64,000 nt of DNA from Octopus vulgaris (Eukaryota), in the NCBI GenBank assembly GCA_951406725.2, contig OX597834.1:14570001-14634000 (forward strand), read 5' to 3'. The notes below the pieces were generated by a model that was given only the letters and a program-made list of their open reading frames with translations, had not been told where the DNA came from and made no database searches. Both the position numbers and the translations under genes were made by a program. Each line of letters starts with the position of its first letter. Position 1 is the first letter of the stretch. Below, one piece after another: positions 58,398 to 64,000 of the stretch.

Positions 58398-58640
58398 GTC
58401 GACGACGAAGAAGGTGCTGAAGAAGAAGAAGAAGAAGAAGAAGAAGAAGAAGAGGAGGAGGAGGAGGAGGAGAAGAAGAAGAAGAAGATGATGAAAAAGA
58501 AGAAGGAGAAGACGGAGAAGTAGAAGAAGAAGAAGAAGAAGAAGAAGAAGGAGAAGAAGAAGAAGAAGAAGAAGAAGGAGAAGTAGGGGGAGGAGGAGAA
58601 GAAGAAGACGATGATGATGATGAAGAAGAAGAGGAAAAGA
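58398..58640. repeat. (GAA/GGA)n purine tract
   Basis: Directly visible. Confidence 0.9.
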
Positions 58641-59149
58641 ATGACTACACCACTGTACCAGAACATACCATATATATATGTGTGTGTGTGTGTGTGCGTG
58701 TGAGTGTGCGTGTGTGCCTATGTGTATGTGTGTGTGTGTACATATATCTATATTCATTGCTTCACAGCTTAAGCGCTCTTTGTTTTTATTAAATATTCCT
58801 TCATTTTCTTCAACTTGCTCCGCAGCTAAATTATATCGAAATGAACAACCGACGGCTTATTGCAGTTTGCTTCTTTTTTTTTTCATATTTTCATATTTTC
58901 AATATAAATTATTTTCAGAAATATTATATATATATATGAAAGAATCTTATATTAAATGTTTTATACTTTTATTAATATATATATCATGAACATCATCACC
59001 ATCTTCATCATCATCATCATCACCATCGTCATCATCGTCATCATCATCATCATCTTCTTTTTCTACGATTTATTTGTCTTTCTTCCTTTTTTCTTCAACA
59101 TCATCATTATTTTCAGGATCTTTTTTTATCATTGCTTTTTTTTGCTTTT

Positions 59150-59360
59150 GCTTTTCCAGTTTCAGCTCTTGAGCTGTGGCCATGCTGGGGCACCGCCATT
59201 GTGGTGAAAGAGTACAGCAGGGATCACCACCCCCTGCCAGAGCCTCGTAGAGCTTTTAGGTGTTTTCGCTCAATAAACACACACAACGCCCAGTCTGAGA
59301 ATCGAAACCTCGATCCTGCGACCGCGAGTCCGCTGCCCTAACCACTAGGCCATTGCGCCT
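59150..59360 (-). mobile_element. SINE family B copy with CR1-like tail, tail type 3
   Basis: AGGCGCAATGGCCTAGTGG..GTTTCGATTCTC head, family B body, then GGCGGTGCCCCAGCATGGCCACAGCTCAAGAGCTGAAAC. Confidence 0.85.
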
Positions 59361-59457
59361 AGTGGTTGATATTATTATTATTGTTTTTATTATTGTTGAT
59401 ATTATTATTATTGTTTTTATTATTATCAATATAATTATCAGTCTTATTATTATTATA

Positions 59458-59498
<41 letters not shown>

Positions 59499-59574
59499 CT
59501 TCACCATCGTGTAATCACCATCATGCAATTATCACCGTTATTATCATCATTATTATCTTTATTATTAGTAGTTG

Positions 59575-60170
59575 AAAGATATTAAATGCTAATTAAATTT
59601 GTTGGGATGTTATCATGAGGTTTGGTGACGACCCGCCTTCTCAAATCTCAAGTATCTCTTTTTAGGATTCTTATAGAATACATTATAACACTGAAAGTTT
59701 CAATTCTGTTTCCAGTCCCTCAACGTTTTGTATTCGTTGATCATATCAGAGCTTTTTACTTCAACATTATGGTCAGTTTTTGTTGGAAAGTCTCATAACA
59801 TTCAGCAACTCTCATTCTCTCTCACAAGCTCTGTTTCGTGTCTAAACCACTTTCTTACTATTTCCAGTGCACTATTTCAGCTATTCTGTCATGCGTGCGA
59901 GTGTAATCATTTGAGTAAATGCAGTTTACTTTCGTCTCCTTTTCTGCAGATTCTGCGTATGTTCTCTGACTGATTTTTGCCGATCATTGTCTTCAACAGA
60001 TTTGTGCTATTGACTTGTTCGTGGGCGGCTATAATTAGTGCTTCGATTCAGGAATGTACCAGATTTCCATCTTCCAATATCCTTCGTTTATTGCCTGAAA
60101 TGACCATGTAATTTTATTTTATTCCATATACTTCCTCTGCTGTCTTTCCTTCTGTATTAGAATTCTCTAG
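59575..60170 (-). mobile_element. Decayed R4/Dong-like non-LTR retrotransposon C-terminal fragment
   Basis: Minus frames: EALIIAAHEQ..TNLLKTMIGKNQSENIRRICRKGDES..HL (zinc knuckle region) and KWFRHETELVRENESC*ML*DFPTKTDH..SDM (entry to the restriction-like endonuclease). Confidence 0.7.
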
Positions 60171-60389
60171 ACACCGACACAGCAAGAAATATTTTGGACA
60201 AAAATTCGAAGCATTTATTTTTCCAGTTTTTTACTTCATTTCTGAGAGCAGTCGCGTTCATTTTCAGTATTCTCGTTTGTGAGAGCAATCGATTTTATTT
60301 CAGTTATTCTCATTTCAAAAATCCTCTCCGACTAATCGTTGAGAGGACGTTGGTGTCGCCTTGGCAGATGTTTGCGCTGTCTGAGTGCT

Positions 60390-60391
<2 letters not shown>

Positions 60392-60454
<63 letters not shown>

Positions 60455-60462
60455 CATCATCA

Positions 60463-60530
<68 letters not shown>

Positions 60531-60564
60531 ATTATTATTATAATTATTATTATTATTATTATTA

Positions 60565-60601
<37 letters not shown>

Positions 60602-60608
60602 CACTATT

Positions 60609-60639
<31 letters not shown>

Positions 60640-60680
60640 TTATTATTATTATCACTATTATTATTATTATTATTATTATA

Positions 60681-60718
<38 letters not shown>

Positions 60719-60760
60719 CATTATTACCAGTAGTAGTAGTAGTAGTATTAGTAGTAGTAG
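60392..60760. repeat. (ATT)n microsatellite
   Basis: Directly visible. Confidence 0.95.
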
Positions 60761-60761
60761 T

Positions 60762-61190
60762 ACCAATATTTTTGAGCCAGGCTGGTAGTTGATTGCTGAT
60801 ACTTCCAAGCGTTCTAATTAGCATTGTTGTCACGTCCATTCTCTTCATTCACCCCCAGCCTGCGTATTTCCCATTTCAATACGCCACAGATGCTCAATTT
60901 TTTTCCTTCTTCCTCTTCGGTTCTGTTCTCATCGGGATATGCTAATAGCCATGCAAGTTTTATTATTTCTTTTTTTTTTTGGCTTTGTTTTTTTTTTGTT
61001 TTTTTCTGTTCATCACAACAATGTCAGGTTTCGCTTTCAACTGAAATAGTCACACTGCATCATTGCAACCCACAGGATTTTGAAAAACTTCATTCTCAGG
61101 AACCCCTTCTGGTATTTGGCCATACTACATGCTACATCTTTCTAATCCACAATTTCCACAAATCTCCCAATGGATTATTTTAATCAAATT
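60762..61190 (-). mobile_element. Second R4/Dong-like fragment, restriction-like endonuclease domain
   Basis: IIHWEICGNCGLER...PEGVPENE..KILW..MQCD..RKPDIVV...LAYPD..LKWEIRRL..MKRMDVTTMLIRTLGSIS..L.AWLKNIG. Confidence 0.75.
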
Positions 61191-61389
61191 GTCATGTGTA
61201 TGATTACTATGATTACTATTATTATTATTACTATAAAATATTACCAAAAATGAAATAGTTTATTTTTGAACCCGTGGAAGGGACGCCAAATGCCGAAATA
61301 TCGTTCACTTGATAACAATGGCACTCAACTTTATTTCTTTGCTTCTGCATACCTACTGGAGGAGCTACCTTAATCCTATAAATTATTAC

Positions 61390-61424
<35 letters not shown>

Positions 61425-61488
61425 GTAGTAGTAGTAGTAGTAGTAGCAGCAGCAGCAGCAGCAGCAGCAGCGGCAGTAGTGGTAGTAG

Positions 61489-62113
61489 TGGCAGAATAGT
61501 TAGCTCGCCGGGCGAAATGCTTAGCGGTGTTTCATCTGCCGCAACGTTCTGTGTTCATATTCCGCCGAGGTCGACTTTGCCTTTCATCCTTTCGTGGTCG
61601 ATAAATTAAGTACCAGTTACGCACTGGAGTCGATATAATCGACTTACTCAGTTTGTCTGACCTTGTTTGTCCCCTCTGTGTTTAGTCCCTTGTGGGTAGT
61701 AAAGAAATAAGTATTTCGTATGCCGCTACGTTTTGAGTTCAAATTGCACCGAAGTCGACTTTGTCTTTTATACTTTCGGGTTCGGTAAAATAAGTACCAG
61801 TGAAATACTGTGGTCGATGTAATCGACTAGACCCCTTCCCCCAAATTTCAAGCCTTGTACCTATAGTAGAAAGAATTATTATTATCATTGTTAAAGCGGT
61901 GAGCTGGCAGAATCGTTAGCACGCCGGGCGGAACGCTTAGAAAGTATTTCGTCTGAGTTCAAATTCTGCCGAGGTCGACTTTGCCTGTCTTCCTTTCGGG
62001 GTGGATTAAATAAGTATCAGTTACGCCCTGGGGTCGATGTAATCGACTTAATCCCCTTTTTTGTCCTTGTTTGTCCCCTCTGTCTTTAGCCCCCTGTGGG
62101 CAATAAAGAAATA
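61489..62113 (+). mobile_element. Cluster of three SINE family C units; central domain resembles Meta/MESC
   Basis: Head TGGCAGAATCGTTAGC..GAGTTCAAATT, domain GTCGACTTTGCCTTTCATCCTTTCG.GGTCGATAAA.TAAGTACCAG; units at about 61489, 61711 and 61893. Other copies at 1-75, about 16620-16830, 33960-34100, 39430-39720 and 46660-46850. Domain name is from recall. Confidence 0.85.
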
Positions 62114-63115
62114 GATATGTTTTGTCAGTGAAATATGCAATAGATATAGGATACCTCTTAAATATATGAGGTATATGATATGAAGATGTTATGTAAAAAT
62201 TAGTAATATAACGCAAAAGAAGCTTTGTTTATTTCAACAAAAATCTCAAAGATTTTTGTAAACAAGGGTATCAGAATATATGGCATTCTAAAATTTTCTG
62301 CAATATATTTTAAACTTTGTGAGTTATTGTGCTACTCACAAAAGAGAACACAGCGAAAAAAGCAAAAACAAAACGAGGAAAAACTGTAGTTTAAAACTGT
62401 CAACAGAAACTTCAGTAAAGGTAAACAAATCAAGATGAAAAACAATAAAATAGAATTCCCATACTAGAGTTACGCAGCCAGATATTTCCTAGATATTTCA
62501 TCATGTTCATAGTTTATAGCAATCTCATTAGTGACCCAAAGGTTTTCAACTTTGAACAATTATTTAAAGCAGAAAATTGAAATGTTGTTTCATGACCTGA
62601 AACGTTCTTCATTTGAGTTTTATAAATTTTATATTAACATTTATTTTAAATCATTATTGATTGCTTCTTTCCTTCCTTCTTTCTATATTTTTCCTTTCTT
62701 TTTATATATATTTTTTAAAACTATTTTTCATAATTCTCACAGCTTGCAGCCTTATAAATTGCTTCCTTACTATCAGAACAAACAATAAAACTTCTTGGAA
62801 TTTAATTACAAATCTCTGTCTAATTTAATTTAATTCACATAAATATATCTTATATATTTTCTATGTTTATTTTCGTTTTTGTTTTTTGTTTGTTTTGTTT
62901 TTTGGTTTGTTGTTGATTCTTTTCCATTTTTGCGTTTCATAATCATCGTAATTTTTCTCGCTGCTATTGATTTATTTTTCTTGTTATTTGCCATCTTAGC
63001 ACGATAGAATCGTAGTAAACATCAGGTGAGCCAAGCTGTTTTGATTCCCAGTTAAGTCGTATGATGTCAAAGTTCGTTTCATCTCCTCGACTTTTTTCCT
63101 TATTGTGCTTATACA

Positions 63116-63194
<79 letters not shown>

Positions 63195-63349
63195 TTAAGT
63201 AGATAAATGAATTATCTTATTACGGAAAATTCGAAAGATAACCGATACCTGGGTAGCAAACTCACAACAGAAAGAACACGGTTGAAGTTACGACCATAGG
63301 GCGTATACTCCGTGCCTTAGTGCGGAAATTTGAAGTTTAATTTAATATT

Positions 63350-63592
63350 ATAAGTATAGGAAAGAATGGAGCTGAACGAAGATTTAACAAAATTCCTTTA
63401 TTTTATTTTCGACATATGTTTCGAAGTCTGCAAAATCTCTAATTCCGAAAGAATAAGGAGTCCATTATGCAGCTTTCTCTTCAGGAAAATCCAGGAACTT
63501 CTTTCACCAACAACAGACTTCGAAACATATGTCGAAAATAAAATAAAGGAATTTTGTTAAATCTTCCTTTCAGCTCCATTCTTTCCTATACT

Positions 63593-63595
<3 letters not shown>
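63350..63595. repeat. Near-perfect inverted repeat of about 80 bp per arm (63350-63430 and 63514-63595)
   Basis: ATAAGTATAGGAAAGAATGGAGCTGAA..GACATATGTTTCGAAGTCTG versus CAGACTTCGAAACATATGTC..TTCAGCTCCATTCTTTCCTATACTTAT; one small discrepancy. Confidence 0.95.
63405..63490 (-). ncRNA. Type I hammerhead ribozyme with extended stem II
   Basis: ATTTTC CTGAAGA GAAAGCTGCA-(35 nt)-TGCAGACTTC GAA ACATATGT C GAAAAT: 6-bp stem I, canonical core, palindromic stem III ACATATGT, GUC site. Confidence 0.85.
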
Positions 63596-63684
<89 letters not shown>

Positions 63685-63890
63685 TACGGGGATGTACTTG
63701 CATTGTAAGTGACCTGATCTGAGATCGTATGCTGAAACGAAAGCAATTGCAGCGTGGAAGGTGTTTATAGCCCATTTAAGAAACAAACCAAAACAGTTAG
63801 ATTCATTTCAACATTTAAATTTAATTTGCCAAAATATTTTCTTCCCTTTCAGACTGCGACCTGTTCACTGACAAAATTCCGTGCTGCATA

Positions 63891-63944
<54 letters not shown>

Positions 63945-64000
63945 CAGGCATATATATATGTATGTGTGTGTGTGTGTGTGTGTGTATGTATATGTATGTA

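Overview
AT-rich, non-coding-looking eukaryotic DNA dense in microsatellites ((TA)n, (CA)n, (ATT)n, (TAGA)n, (CATA)n, (GAA)n) and transposon debris. The SINE families and repeat load suggest a cephalopod, probably Octopus; this is inferred from recalled repeat families, not from a search. No host gene is confidently identified, only one weak candidate exon, and almost all listed ORFs are microsatellite or SINE artefacts. Recognisable content: three tRNA-derived SINE families with shared or swapped modules, many decayed Tc1/mariner/maT copies, MITEs, a non-autonomous Helitron-like element, CR1-like and R4/Dong-like LINE remnants, and an uninterrupted Penelope-like (PLE) RT-tail/GIY-YIG fragment. 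The most notable signal is a set of at least four unrelated minus-strand type I hammerhead ribozyme motifs with palindromic stem III (14909-14953, 34307-34357, 63405-63490 and a four-copy family), mostly in short elements abutting (TA)n, one with an 80-bp fold-back duplication. A covarying 3' stem-loop also links a CR1-like LINE to two SINE families.
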